DNA of 64,000 nucleotides, taken from IMG/VR virus record IMGVR_UViG_3300043425_000245, one strand, 5' to 3'. A program made the translations under genes and the position numbers. The stretch is from a virus (Duplodnaviria; Heunggongvirae; Uroviricota; Caudoviricetes). Positions 17,710-26,715 of this stretch are shown here, one piece after another. The first letter of the stretch is position 1, and each line of letters starts with the position of its first letter. The notes under the pieces were generated by a model. It was not told where the DNA came from and searched no databases. It saw only the letters and a list, made by a program, of their open reading frames with translations.

Positions 17710-18741
17710 ATGTCAATCGAACAAAAAATCGCCGAACTTCTTGCTGAGTCACGCAAGGCTCAGGAGATCCAAGAAGAAAAAGTTAAACCAGATGGCGCAC
17801 AAGGTGGTAGCGATTCTACTACTCAAGGTGCACATGCTGCTGACAAATCTGGTAACCCATCTAAGGGTGACGCAGTTAAACCAACACATGCTGGTGAAAA
17901 CCCAGACGTAGCACGTAACAACGTGACTGACGAAAAGCAAGCCGAAGTTTCTCACGAAGCTGGCGCTTTCAACCCAAAGAATGGTGACCGCACTTCTATC
18001 CGTCAAGGTGACGCAGTTAAGGCTGGCGTTAAAGAAGACATGGACGCACTATTCACTGGTGAAGAACTAACAGAAGAATTTAAAGAGAAAGCTACTACAA
18101 TCTTTGAAGCAGCCGTTATGGTTCGCGTTAAAGATGAAGTTGCCCGTCTTGAAGAAGAATTTGCAGCAAAGCTAGAAGAAGCTACTGCACAACAAATTGA
18201 GGGTCTTGTTGAACAAGTTGATGGATACCTTGGCTATATCGCCGAGCAGTGGATTGCACAGAATGAATTAGCCCTTGAAAATGGCATTAAGTCCGAAATC
18301 GTTGAGAGCTTCATCACTGGTATGAAGGGTCTATTCGAAGAACATTATATTGATGTTCCAGAAGAGAAGTATGACGTACTAGGTGAGATGGAAGAAACTA
18401 TTGCTTCTCTAGAAGCAAAGTTGAACGAGCAAGTAGAAACTAACGTTGCTTTAACTAAGCAATTGTCTGAGTCTGCTAAAGCTCAAATCGTAGCAGAAGC
18501 TGCTGAAGGTCTATCAGACGTTGAAGCAGAAAAGTTCCAAGGTCTAGTTGAAGAACTAACTTTTGAATCTGCTGAAGTGTTCGCAACTAAAGTAAAGACT
18601 TTACGTGAGAGCTATTTCACTAAACAAACTACTGAAGTTAAGTCAGTTGTAACTGACACTCCAGTCGAAACTCTAACTGAAGAGAAGAAAGTAGAAATCG
18701 ATCCTTTGATGGCTCGCTACGTTTCTGCTCTAACTAAATAA
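17710..18741 (+). CDS. Prohead core scaffold protein gp22
   Basis: Acidic coiled-coil-rich protein (EE/EA/KA periodicity) between gp21 and gp23. Confidence 0.7.
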   Translation: MSIEQKIAELLAESRKAQEIQEEKVKPDGAQGGSDSTTQGAHAADKSGNPSKGDAVKPTHAGENPDVARNNVTDEKQAEVSHEAGAFNPKNGDRTSIRQGDAVKAGVKEDMDALFTGEELTEEFKEKATTIFEAAVMVRVKDEVARLEEEFAAKLEEATAQQIEGLVEQVDGYLGYIAEQWIAQNELALENGIKSEIVESFITGMKGLFEEHYIDVPEEKYDVLGEMEETIASLEAKLNEQVETNVALTKQLSESAKAQIVAEAAEGLSDVEAEKFQGLVEELTFESAEVFATKVKTLRESYFTKQTTEVKSVVTDTPVETLTEEKKVEIDPLMARYVSALTK

Positions 18742-18742
18742 T
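18734..18742 (+). promoter_or_regulatory. Candidate late promoter (CTAAATAAT) overlapping the gp22 stop, upstream of gp23
   Basis: CTAAATAAT resembles the boxes at 17668 (TATAAATAAT), 59285 (CTAAATAAT) and 10579 (CTAAATAAA). Only 6/8 match to TATAAATA. Confidence 0.3.
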
Positions 18743-18767
18743 CTTTTTATCTTAAAGGAAAATAGAA

Positions 18768-20093
18768 ATGACAACTCGTCAACAACTAATGGAAAAATGG
18801 GCACCAGTCCTTAATCACGAAGGTGCACCAAAGATCGCTGATAACTACCGTAAGGAAGTTACTGCTGTTCTACTAGAAAACCAAGAGCGCGAAATGCGCA
18901 AGCAAGCTGAAGCACTTTTCGAAACTGCTCCAACTAACTCTACTGGTGGCCAAATTGGCGTAGTAGGTTCTGGCGCTGGTATCGGCGGTGTTGCTGGTTT
19001 CGACCCAGTGTTGATCAGCTTGGTTCGCCGTGCTATGCCTCAACTTATCGCTTATGATATCGCTGGTGTTCAGCCAATGACTCAACCAACTGGCTTGATC
19101 TTCGCAATGAAGTCTCGCTATGGTTCTCCAAGCGGCAACGAAGCTCTATTCAACGAAGCTGATACTGACTACTCTGGTACTGGTACTCACTCTACTACTC
19201 TAGACGGTGACACTCTAGCATCTCAAACTAACGGTACTGGTCTAGCGACTACTGCTGCTGAGCGTTTGGGTCAAGGTGGTTCTGGTGACGGTACTTTCGG
19301 TCAAATGGCATTCTCTATCGAGAAGACTTCTGTAACTGCAAAGACTCGCGCTTTGAAGGCAGAATACTCTATCGAACTAGCACAAGACATGAAGTCTGTG
19401 CATGGTTTGGACGCTGAAGGCGAATTGTCTAACATTTTGTCTGCAGAAATCTTGACTGAAATCAACCGTGAAGTTGTGCGTACTGTGTACCGTACTGCTA
19501 AGGTTGGTGCTCAAGTTGGTACTGCTACTGCTGGTACTTTCGACTTGGACGTTGACTCTAACGGTCGTTGGTCTGTTGAAAAGTTCAAAGGTCTATTGTT
19601 CCAAATCGAACGCGAAGCGAACGCTGTTGGTCAATTGACACGTCGTGGTCGCGCGAACTTCATCATCACTTCTGCTGACGTTGCGTCTGCATTGGCGATG
19701 GCTGGTGTTCTTGACTACACTCCTGCTTTGAACGGTAATAACAGCTTGAACGTAGATGACACTTCTACTACTTTCGCTGGTGTTCTAAACGGCAAGTACA
19801 AAGTTTATGTTGATCCATATGCAGCTAACATCTCTGCTAACCAATACTTCGTTTGCGGTTACAAGGGTACTTCTGCTTTCGACGCTGGCTTGTTCTACTG
19901 CCCATACGTTCCTCTACAAATGGTTCGTGCTGTTGATCCAAACAGCTTCCAACCAAAGATTGGCTTCAAGACTCGTTACGGTCTAGTTGCTAACCCATTC
20001 GTTAACTTGGATGATGGCACTTCTGGTCAAGACAACTTGACTTCTGATGCTAACTACTACTACCGTAAAGTTAAGGTTACTAACCTAATGTAA
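18768..20093 (+). CDS. Major capsid protein gp23
   Basis: LISLVRRAMPQLIAYDIAGVQPMTQPTGLIFAMKSRYG matches T4 gp23 ISMVRRAIPHLIAFDICGVQPMNSPTGQVFALRAVYG. Confidence 0.9.
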   Translation: MTTRQQLMEKWAPVLNHEGAPKIADNYRKEVTAVLLENQEREMRKQAEALFETAPTNSTGGQIGVVGSGAGIGGVAGFDPVLISLVRRAMPQLIAYDIAGVQPMTQPTGLIFAMKSRYGSPSGNEALFNEADTDYSGTGTHSTTLDGDTLASQTNGTGLATTAAERLGQGGSGDGTFGQMAFSIEKTSVTAKTRALKAEYSIELAQDMKSVHGLDAEGELSNILSAEILTEINREVVRTVYRTAKVGAQVGTATAGTFDLDVDSNGRWSVEKFKGLLFQIEREANAVGQLTRRGRANFIITSADVASALAMAGVLDYTPALNGNNSLNVDDTSTTFAGVLNGKYKVYVDPYAANISANQYFVCGYKGTSAFDAGLFYCPYVPLQMVRAVDPNSFQPKIGFKTRYGLVANPFVNLDDGTSGQDNLTSDANYYYRKVKVTNLM

Positions 20094-20140
20094 TCGGCTA
20101 AGTCGGTTTTAAAGAAGCCGACGTAGAAGCGGTAATTTCA

Positions 20141-20166
20141 GGGGATCTTTCGGGATCCCCTTTTTC
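20141..20166 (+). terminator. Intrinsic terminator after gp23
   Basis: GGGGATC-TTTCGG-GATCCCC followed by TTTTTT. Confidence 0.75.
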
Positions 20167-20172
20167 ATGGAG

Positions 20173-20180
20173 TATAAATA
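20173..20180 (+). promoter_or_regulatory. T4-type late promoter box TATAAATA 5 nt before ATG 20186
   Basis: Exact TATAAATA. The predicted late start site would fall at or adjacent to the ATG. Confidence 0.45.
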
Positions 20181-20185
20181 CAAGT

Positions 20186-20722
20186 ATGGCACTATCTGAT
20201 TCTCTATACCCAAACAATCTTAACCCGTTATCACCCAACGGATTTAACTTCAGCATCTCAAAATTACCTGAAGTTTCTTTCTTCTGTCAACGTGTTACGA
20301 TCCCATCAATCACACTAGCATCTATTGATAGAGCGACACCGTTCATTAATACGCCAATCCCAGGTGAAATTATGACGTTCTCTGAATTGACTCTTCAGTT
20401 CCTAGTTGATGATAAGATGTCAAATTATAAGTCTATCTTCAATTGGATGGTAGCTTTAGGTTATCCAGAAGATCATATTCAATACTCAAATTATATGAAC
20501 TCGCAAAACGGTACTATATACTCTGAGTTAGCTAGAAACTATTCTGATGCGACTGTATCAGTTTTAGATGCTCAAAACAACCCAACTAATTCATTTAAGT
20601 TTTACGACATCTTCCCTATCTCTTTAGACCCTGTTCAGTTTGAAGCGACAGCGATGGACGTTAACTATGTGATTGGTTCTGCAACTTTTAAATATTCATA
20701 CTTTACAATAGACAATACTTAA
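20186..20722 (+). CDS. Tail-tube-fold paralog (gp19 family; possibly baseplate tube initiator/cap gp48/gp54-like)
   Basis: LSPNGFNFSI...VSFFCQRVTIPSITLASIDR parallels gp19 ARPNQFRVEL...AQFLCRAASLPASTIETISIP. C-terminal FKFYDIFP parallels YKFTDAFP. Confidence 0.45.
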   Translation: MALSDSLYPNNLNPLSPNGFNFSISKLPEVSFFCQRVTIPSITLASIDRATPFINTPIPGEIMTFSELTLQFLVDDKMSNYKSIFNWMVALGYPEDHIQYSNYMNSQNGTIYSELARNYSDATVSVLDAQNNPTNSFKFYDIFPISLDPVQFEATAMDVNYVIGSATFKYSYFTIDNT

Positions 20723-20746
20723 TTTCGCCGAAGGCGTGGAGATATT

Positions 20747-21184
20747 ATGACACTTGATGAGATACAAAATGAATGGGAAAAGGATGCCGTGATTGATGAC
20801 AATTATCTCGGCGAGAATGCAACCCATACCCCAAAACTACATTCCAAATACTTGAAGTTACTTATTGGTGTAAAACTCAAATACACTAAACTTCAAGCAG
20901 ACTACAATCAACTCCGTAAAAACAAATTCCGCTACTATCGAGGTGAACTTGGTAGAGATGAACTGCAGCAGCTTGGTTGGAATCAGTGGCAAGGTGTTAA
21001 ACCTTTAAAGAACGAAATGGATGAGTTCTTAAACGGTGACTCTGAACTATGCACATTAAAGGTTCGAGCAGAGTACCTTGAAACAATGATTTATCTTTTA
21101 GAATCTATCTTAGGACAGCTTAAAGCCAGAGACTGGCAAATTAAATCCGCCATTGAGTGGAAGAGATTCTTAGCTGGTATGTAA
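20747..21184 (+). CDS. uvsY: Recombination mediator UvsY
   Basis: MTLDEIQNEWEKDAVIDDNYL matches T4 UvsY MRLEDLQEELKKDVFIDSTKL. Similar length, with C-terminal ...AIEWKRFLAG vs ...HIQDMRAFEAGK. Confidence 0.75.
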   Translation: MTLDEIQNEWEKDAVIDDNYLGENATHTPKLHSKYLKLLIGVKLKYTKLQADYNQLRKNKFRYYRGELGRDELQQLGWNQWQGVKPLKNEMDEFLNGDSELCTLKVRAEYLETMIYLLESILGQLKARDWQIKSAIEWKRFLAGM

Positions 21185-22677
21185 TGACTACTTTATACGC
21201 AGAAAAACTAGATGAAGTTTACATGCGTGTTTTTGGCGACGCTTCCGTTGAACAAGAACTAGCAGACTTCTTTACTTACGAATACCCAGGAGCAAGGTTT
21301 ACTCCACAATTTAAAGCACGGTTGTGGGACGGTAAGGTGCGCTTATACGACCAATTCCGTAAAACCTTATACATTGGTTTGTATGAATACCTAGAGAAGT
21401 TCTGTGAACGTAACGGTTATGAATTACAATCAAAAGGTAGAGTGTTTGGTGGCAACGAAGAAGTTAGTATGGACGTTATCAAAGAGTTTACCGATTGGTT
21501 AAACTTAAGAGGTCGCGGACAACCTATTGAAATCCGAGACTATCAACTTGAAGCTGTATACACTGCTTTGAATAAGCAACGTACATTACTGTTATCTCCA
21601 ACGGCATCAGGTAAGTCGCTAATCATTTACAGCACAATGCGTTGGCATATCAATAACAAACGTAAGATCGTTTTGATTGTACCAACTACTTCGCTTGTTG
21701 AGCAAATGTATGCTGACTTTGAAGACTACTCTTCAGCTAACGGTTTTGATGTTAAGAACCACTGTCAGAAACTATACAGCGGTTTCCCTAAAGAGTTTAC
21801 CAAAGACGTACTGATCACTACATGGCAGTCTATCTACCTGCAACCTAAGTCATGGTTCAAACAGTTTGATGTTATCTTTGGTGATGAGGCTCACCAATTT
21901 AAAGCTAAATCGTTGACAACTATCATGGAGAAACTTGATACAGTTGAGCACCGTATTGGTACAACTGGTACGTTAGATAACAAGAAGATTCATCAGCTAG
22001 TGCTTGAAGGTGTGTTTGGACCAGTACACCGTGTAACCACTACCAAAGCACTAATGGATTCAGGGAAATTATCTGCGCTAAATATAACGTGTCTGATAAT
22101 GAAATATAGCGAAGAGATTCGTAAAGAACGTAATAAGAACACGTACCAAGATGAAATGGACTTTCTTGTTGGCAATGAAAAGCGTAACAAGTTTATCCGT
22201 AACCTGGCAGTAAATTCTAACGGCAATACGCTGGTTCTTTTTCAATACGTTGAAAAGCACGGCAAAGTTCTATACGATCTTATAAGTAATAAAGTAGCAG
22301 AAGGTCGCCACGTATTCTTTGTACACGGTGGCACTGACGTCACTGATCGTGAATCAATTCGTCATATTACAGAAAAAGAAAGTGATGCGATTATCATCGC
22401 TTCATATGGAACTTTCTCGACAGGTATTAATATTCCTTCTATTGAGAACGTTATCTTTGCTTCGCCAAGTAAGTCAAAGATTCGTAACCTTCAATCTATT
22501 GGTCGAGGTTTGCGTTTGAAAGATGGAAAGGTTGCCTGCAACTTGTACGATATTGCAGATGACTTGCATTGGAAGTCTTGGAAGAATCATACATTGAATC
22601 ATGCAGCTGAACGCTACAAAACGTATGTTGAAGAAGAATTTAAATTGAAAATGGTGGAAGTGAACTTATATGGATAA
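21184..22677 (+). CDS. uvsW: ATP-dependent DNA helicase UvsW (SF2)
   Basis: Walker A SPTASGKSL and DEAH-type box FGDEAHQF. N-terminal region parallels T4 UvsW. Alternative upstream start at 21157. Confidence 0.8.
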   Translation: MTTLYAEKLDEVYMRVFGDASVEQELADFFTYEYPGARFTPQFKARLWDGKVRLYDQFRKTLYIGLYEYLEKFCERNGYELQSKGRVFGGNEEVSMDVIKEFTDWLNLRGRGQPIEIRDYQLEAVYTALNKQRTLLLSPTASGKSLIIYSTMRWHINNKRKIVLIVPTTSLVEQMYADFEDYSSANGFDVKNHCQKLYSGFPKEFTKDVLITTWQSIYLQPKSWFKQFDVIFGDEAHQFKAKSLTTIMEKLDTVEHRIGTTGTLDNKKIHQLVLEGVFGPVHRVTTTKALMDSGKLSALNITCLIMKYSEEIRKERNKNTYQDEMDFLVGNEKRNKFIRNLAVNSNGNTLVLFQYVEKHGKVLYDLISNKVAEGRHVFFVHGGTDVTDRESIRHITEKESDAIIIASYGTFSTGINIPSIENVIFASPSKSKIRNLQSIGRGLRLKDGKVACNLYDIADDLHWKSWKNHTLNHAAERYKTYVEEEFKLKMVEVNLYG

Positions 22678-23140
22678 GCAGTATGTTGTTGTCAAACTAA
22701 TTTCTGGTGAAACAGTAATGGCAACTTTTGAGGGTGAAGACGAGAAACATGTCAAGATTGATTACCCTATTCAAATCAAGACTACAATAATCCCAGAGCT
22801 GGGACGAGAATCAATATCGGCATCTCCACTATGCCAGTTCTCTGATGCGACAACGTTCGTTCTTGAAAAAGGACATATCGTTTACATTAAGAAATTGCAT
22901 TCGCAATTCATCTCGCATTACAAAAACTTCATAAAGTCTTACGAAGAAGCGTTGATCCCAACAACGAGATCTTCCATCCAAGAGAAGCTCAGCGAATACT
23001 TCGACGATGCAGAGCATCTTACGATAGACGAGATCAACCGAAGGATCGAGATGCTTGAAGCTATCGCTGGAGGAGACATCCCAGAAGAAGAACTAGACGT
23101 TATGCTTTCCGTTATGGAAGGTAACGATACAGTACATTAG
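22670..23140 (+). CDS. Hypothetical protein (UvsW.1 position)
   Basis: ORF with ATGA-type overlap to uvsW. No recognisable motif. Confidence 0.4.
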   Translation: MDKQYVVVKLISGETVMATFEGEDEKHVKIDYPIQIKTTIIPELGRESISASPLCQFSDATTFVLEKGHIVYIKKLHSQFISHYKNFIKSYEEALIPTTRSSIQEKLSEYFDDAEHLTIDEINRRIEMLEAIAGGDIPEEELDVMLSVMEGNDTVH

Positions 23141-23244
23141 AATCACTCATATCAAACCCAACACGGTTATTATATTGGGGTGGCAAGTAAAAGGCAAATA
23201 TATTTTGATCCTCTAGTTCTTGTAAGTTCTCAAGATATAAAAAC

Positions 23245-23273
23245 TTGCCTTTTGTAGTGCTATCAACTATAAT
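23245..23273 (+). promoter_or_regulatory. Early sigma70-like promoter (TTGCCT-N17-TATAAT) for gp55
   Basis: Member of a 7-copy promoter family in this window. Confidence 0.55.
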
Positions 23274-23311
23274 ATGAACATGCCTCTATTTTAAAAGAGG
23301 AAATATATTTA

Positions 23312-23869
23312 ATGGCACACTATGTAAACAACGCAGACTTTCTCGCTGCCCTTATTGCCCATAAGGAAAATGTAGAAAAAGCAAAAGAAGCTGGGTTACC
23401 AAAACCGATTATTCCAAACTACGTTGGTGACTGTATTCTCAAAATTGCTAACCACTTAGCATACAAACCCAACTTTATCAATTATTCTTATCGAGACGAC
23501 ATGGTACTTGATGGGATTGAAAACTGCATCCAATACTTGGACAACTTCAACCCTGATAAATCAAGCAACCCATTCGCATACTTCACCCAAATTATCTACT
23601 ACGCTTTTCTTCGCAGGATCGCTAAAGAAAAGAAGCAATCATATATCAAGGGTATGTTAATTCAGAACATGCCGTTCGACGCTTTCGAGTTACAAGAAGG
23701 CGATGATGGTGAATACCACAACCAATATCTAGAGTTCATGCAGCAGCATGGAACGTTTGACGATTCTTTTATTCAACGTAAAGAAAAGAAAAAGAAAGCA
23801 AAGACAAACACTCTTGATGAGTTTATTGAAGACACTAACAACTATGGTGAGGAAGGTGTAGAAGAATGA
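23312..23869 (+). CDS. Late-transcription sigma factor gp55
   Basis: NPFAYFTQIIYYAFLRRIAKEKK matches T4 gp55 [23 protein letters not shown]. Confidence 0.8.
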   Translation: MAHYVNNADFLAALIAHKENVEKAKEAGLPKPIIPNYVGDCILKIANHLAYKPNFINYSYRDDMVLDGIENCIQYLDNFNPDKSSNPFAYFTQIIYYAFLRRIAKEKKQSYIKGMLIQNMPFDAFELQEGDDGEYHNQYLEFMQQHGTFDDSFIQRKEKKKKAKTNTLDEFIEDTNNYGEEGVEE

Positions 23870-24921
23870 AGGTAGCAATTATCACAGACCAACACTTTGG
23901 CGCTCGCAACGATAGTATCGCATTCCTAGATTACTTTGAGAAGTTTTATAATGACGTCTTCTTTCCTACACTTGCTGAACATAACATTAATACCGTTCTT
24001 GTTCTTGGTGACACCTTTGATCGTCGCAAGTATGTTAACTTCTACGCACTCCAAAGAGCGAAAGCGATGTTTTTTGATCGTCTTGCTAACGCAGGTATCA
24101 CTGTTCATATGCTTGCTGGTAACCACGATACTTACTTCAAAAATACCAATGACGTAAACTCACCAGACTTGCTATTGCGCGAGTATGACAATATCAACGT
24201 GATTGATCACCCTGCTACAATCTACGTTGATGAAACCCCAATCTGTATGATGCCTTGGATTTGTCCAGAGAACTACAAAGACTCTATCGACACTATCAAT
24301 GATACCAAAGCTGAAATCTGTATGGGTCACTTTGAAATCGCAGGCTTTGCAATGTATAGAGGTATGGAATCTCATGATGGTCTTTCTAAAGAAACATTCG
24401 ATAAGTTTGATATGGTTTTTAGCGGGCATTATCATCACAAGTCTGATGATGGGCATATCTACTACGTCGGAAACCCCTATGAACTTACTTGGCAAGACTA
24501 CAACGATCCCCGAGGGTTTCACCTGTTTGATCTTGGAAGTAGAAAGCTCACCTTCATCCGAAATCCTTATAGTATGTTTGCCCGAGTCGAATATAACGAT
24601 AAAGAGCAAGAGCCTGTCGATCTAGATACATTAGACTTACAAGGTAAGTATGTCAAACTTGTAGTTGTAAACAAGACTGACTATTATAAATTTGACCGCT
24701 TCGTTCAAAAGTTATATAATAAGGGTTGCCACGATATTAAGGTCGTGGAAGATATGTCTGAATTCCAAGAGGGTGAAATTGATGAGTCAATCAACCTTGA
24801 GGATACCTTGTCAGTTCTTGGTCACTACGTTGACTCTATTGAAACTGATTTAGATAAAGAAAAGATTAAAACATATATGCGTGCTTTATATACTGAAGCC
24901 GTCAACGTTGAGGTTGTTTGA
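23866..24921 (+). CDS. Recombination endonuclease subunit gp47 (Mre11/SbcD-like)
   Basis: Phosphoesterase motifs DQHFG, LGDTFD, GNHD, GHFE and GHYH. Colinear with T4 gp47. Confidence 0.85.
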   Translation: MKVAIITDQHFGARNDSIAFLDYFEKFYNDVFFPTLAEHNINTVLVLGDTFDRRKYVNFYALQRAKAMFFDRLANAGITVHMLAGNHDTYFKNTNDVNSPDLLLREYDNINVIDHPATIYVDETPICMMPWICPENYKDSIDTINDTKAEICMGHFEIAGFAMYRGMESHDGLSKETFDKFDMVFSGHYHHKSDDGHIYYVGNPYELTWQDYNDPRGFHLFDLGSRKLTFIRNPYSMFARVEYNDKEQEPVDLDTLDLQGKYVKLVVVNKTDYYKFDRFVQKLYNKGCHDIKVVEDMSEFQEGEIDESINLEDTLSVLGHYVDSIETDLDKEKIKTYMRALYTEAVNVEVV

Positions 24922-26639
24922 TGATTGTATTTGAATCCATTGAATGGAAAAACTTTTTATCAACTGGTAATTCTGCCAACAAAGTTCTGCTAAACAAATC
25001 CACCACTACTCTTATCATTGGTAAGAACGGTGAAGGTAAGTCTACTATCTTAGACGCATTGTGCTTTGCTTTGTTTGGCAAACCCTTTAGAAATATTAAC
25101 AAGGGTCAGCTAATTAACTCGATCAACGGTAAGAACTGCTTGGTTGAGATTCTATTCAGTGTACATGGTAAGTCATATAAAGTTATCCGTGGTATCAAAC
25201 CTAACAAGTTTGAAATCTGGTGCGATGACGAACTCATCAACCAAGACGCTGCTGCTAAAGATTATCAAAAGGTTCTTGAGCAGCAAATTTTAAAGCTGAA
25301 CTACAAAACCTTCACACAGGTTGTTATCTTAGGCTCAGCTTCTTTTGTTCCATTCATGCAGTTGTCTTCAGCACAACGTAGAGAAGTTATTGAGGACATT
25401 CTTGATATTCGTATCTTCTCTACCATGAATCAGTTATTGAAGGAGAAGGCTAGTGATACGAAGGCAGAAATTGCTAGGATCGAAACCGAGATTGCGAATG
25501 CAAAAACTAAAGTCGAAGCACAAAATGCAATTATTAAAACTATCTCGGATGCGAGGGCAGATAATATTAGATCCATCCAAGAGAAAATCGCAAGCAGCGC
25601 TAAAGAAGTTGAGCGAAATCAACTCGAGGTTGATGAGCTTATCGGACAAATTGGAAATCTTAAGAATCAGATTGAGGACAAGAAGAAAGTACAAGAAGAT
25701 ATCGAAAAGGCAAAGTCAATCAGAAGTAAGCTGCACAACAAGATTGAAACAGCAGAACACCATAAAGAATTTTTTACTTCACATGATGTATGCCCCTCTT
25801 GTGCTCAGGGTATCCCCCATGAACACAAAGAGTCAATCCTCAGCGATCTCAACGCAAAGGTTGATGATCAAAATTCTAAAGTTGCTGAACTCGAAACCGT
25901 TCTTGGGTCTCTCAATGAAAGACTATCTAACATTAACGAAGTGTTGGACCAGATTACAGAAAAGAACATCGAGTTATCAACAAAGAACTCCGCTATCACC
26001 CTTATTAACAAACAGATTACTTCCCTCGAAAGAGAGATTGAAACTCATCAAACGAACACGACAAATCTTGATGAAGAGAAAGCCAAGCTGAAACAGTTAG
26101 CTGAAGATGCTATGGGTAAGATCAAATCCAAGACTGCTCTTCAAGAACATCGTAACCTTGAAGAAGTTGCTTCGTTGTTGTTAAAAGATACTGGCATTAA
26201 GACAGCTATCATCCGTGAATACTTACCCGTGATGAATAAACTCATCAACAAGTATCTCCAAGCAATGGATGCTTACATTCACTTTGAACTTGATGAGTCT
26301 TTCAATGAATCTGTGAAGAGTCGTTTCCGCGATGACTTTACTTATGCTAGTTTCTCTGAAGGTGAAAAGATGCGCATCGACTTGTCTATCCTTTTCACTT
26401 GGCGTCAAATTGCTAAGATGAAGAACTCGGTGAACACTAACCTGTTGCTGTTGGATGAGATCTTTGATTCTTCGTTAGACACAGCTGGTACTGACTACTT
26501 CTTGAATCTAATGAATACTTTGGGTGAAAACTCCAACGTCTTTGTTATCTCCCATAAGGGTGATCAGCTGTTCGATAAGTTCCGTTCGGTCATCAAATTC
26601 GAGAAGCGTAACGACTTTTCGGTCATCGCAACCCCTTGA
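24918..26639 (+). CDS. Recombination ATPase gp46 (Rad50/SbcC-like)
   Basis: Walker A GKNGEGKST, long central coiled coil, C-terminal LLLDEIFDS (Walker B/D-loop). Confidence 0.85.
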   Translation: MMIVFESIEWKNFLSTGNSANKVLLNKSTTTLIIGKNGEGKSTILDALCFALFGKPFRNINKGQLINSINGKNCLVEILFSVHGKSYKVIRGIKPNKFEIWCDDELINQDAAAKDYQKVLEQQILKLNYKTFTQVVILGSASFVPFMQLSSAQRREVIEDILDIRIFSTMNQLLKEKASDTKAEIARIETEIANAKTKVEAQNAIIKTISDARADNIRSIQEKIASSAKEVERNQLEVDELIGQIGNLKNQIEDKKKVQEDIEKAKSIRSKLHNKIETAEHHKEFFTSHDVCPSCAQGIPHEHKESILSDLNAKVDDQNSKVAELETVLGSLNERLSNINEVLDQITEKNIELSTKNSAITLINKQITSLEREIETHQTNTTNLDEEKAKLKQLAEDAMGKIKSKTALQEHRNLEEVASLLLKDTGIKTAIIREYLPVMNKLINKYLQAMDAYIHFELDESFNESVKSRFRDDFTYASFSEGEKMRIDLSILFTWRQIAKMKNSVNTNLLLLDEIFDSSLDTAGTDYFLNLMNTLGENSNVFVISHKGDQLFDKFRSVIKFEKRNDFSVIATP

Positions 26640-26663
26640 TTCTACAGGGGTTCAAGAAATCGC

Positions 26664-26692
26664 TTGCCTTTTATTCCAAAATGAGCTATAAT
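26664..26692 (+). promoter_or_regulatory. Early sigma70-like promoter (AAATCGCTTGCCT-N17-TATAAT)
   Basis: Shares the leader cttttattccaaaaNNNNNtataatacttgtat with the promoter at 28891. Confidence 0.6.
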
Positions 26693-26715
26693 ACTTGTAT
26701 TGATAGGAGTTTATT

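Noticed and set aside
23141-23311. tRNA or small RNA genes in the larger intergenic spacers (23141..23311, 35552..35695, 30681..30753)
   Set aside because: No cloverleaf-compatible arms or conserved T-loop/D-loop sequences seen. The spacers are explained by promoters, terminators and a structured mRNA leader.
26630-26652. Hairpin AACCCCT-N9-AGGGGTT overlapping the gp46 stop as an intrinsic terminator
   Set aside because: No downstream U-tract (followed by CAAGAAAT). More likely a processing or stability element, or coincidental. Kept out of the feature list.
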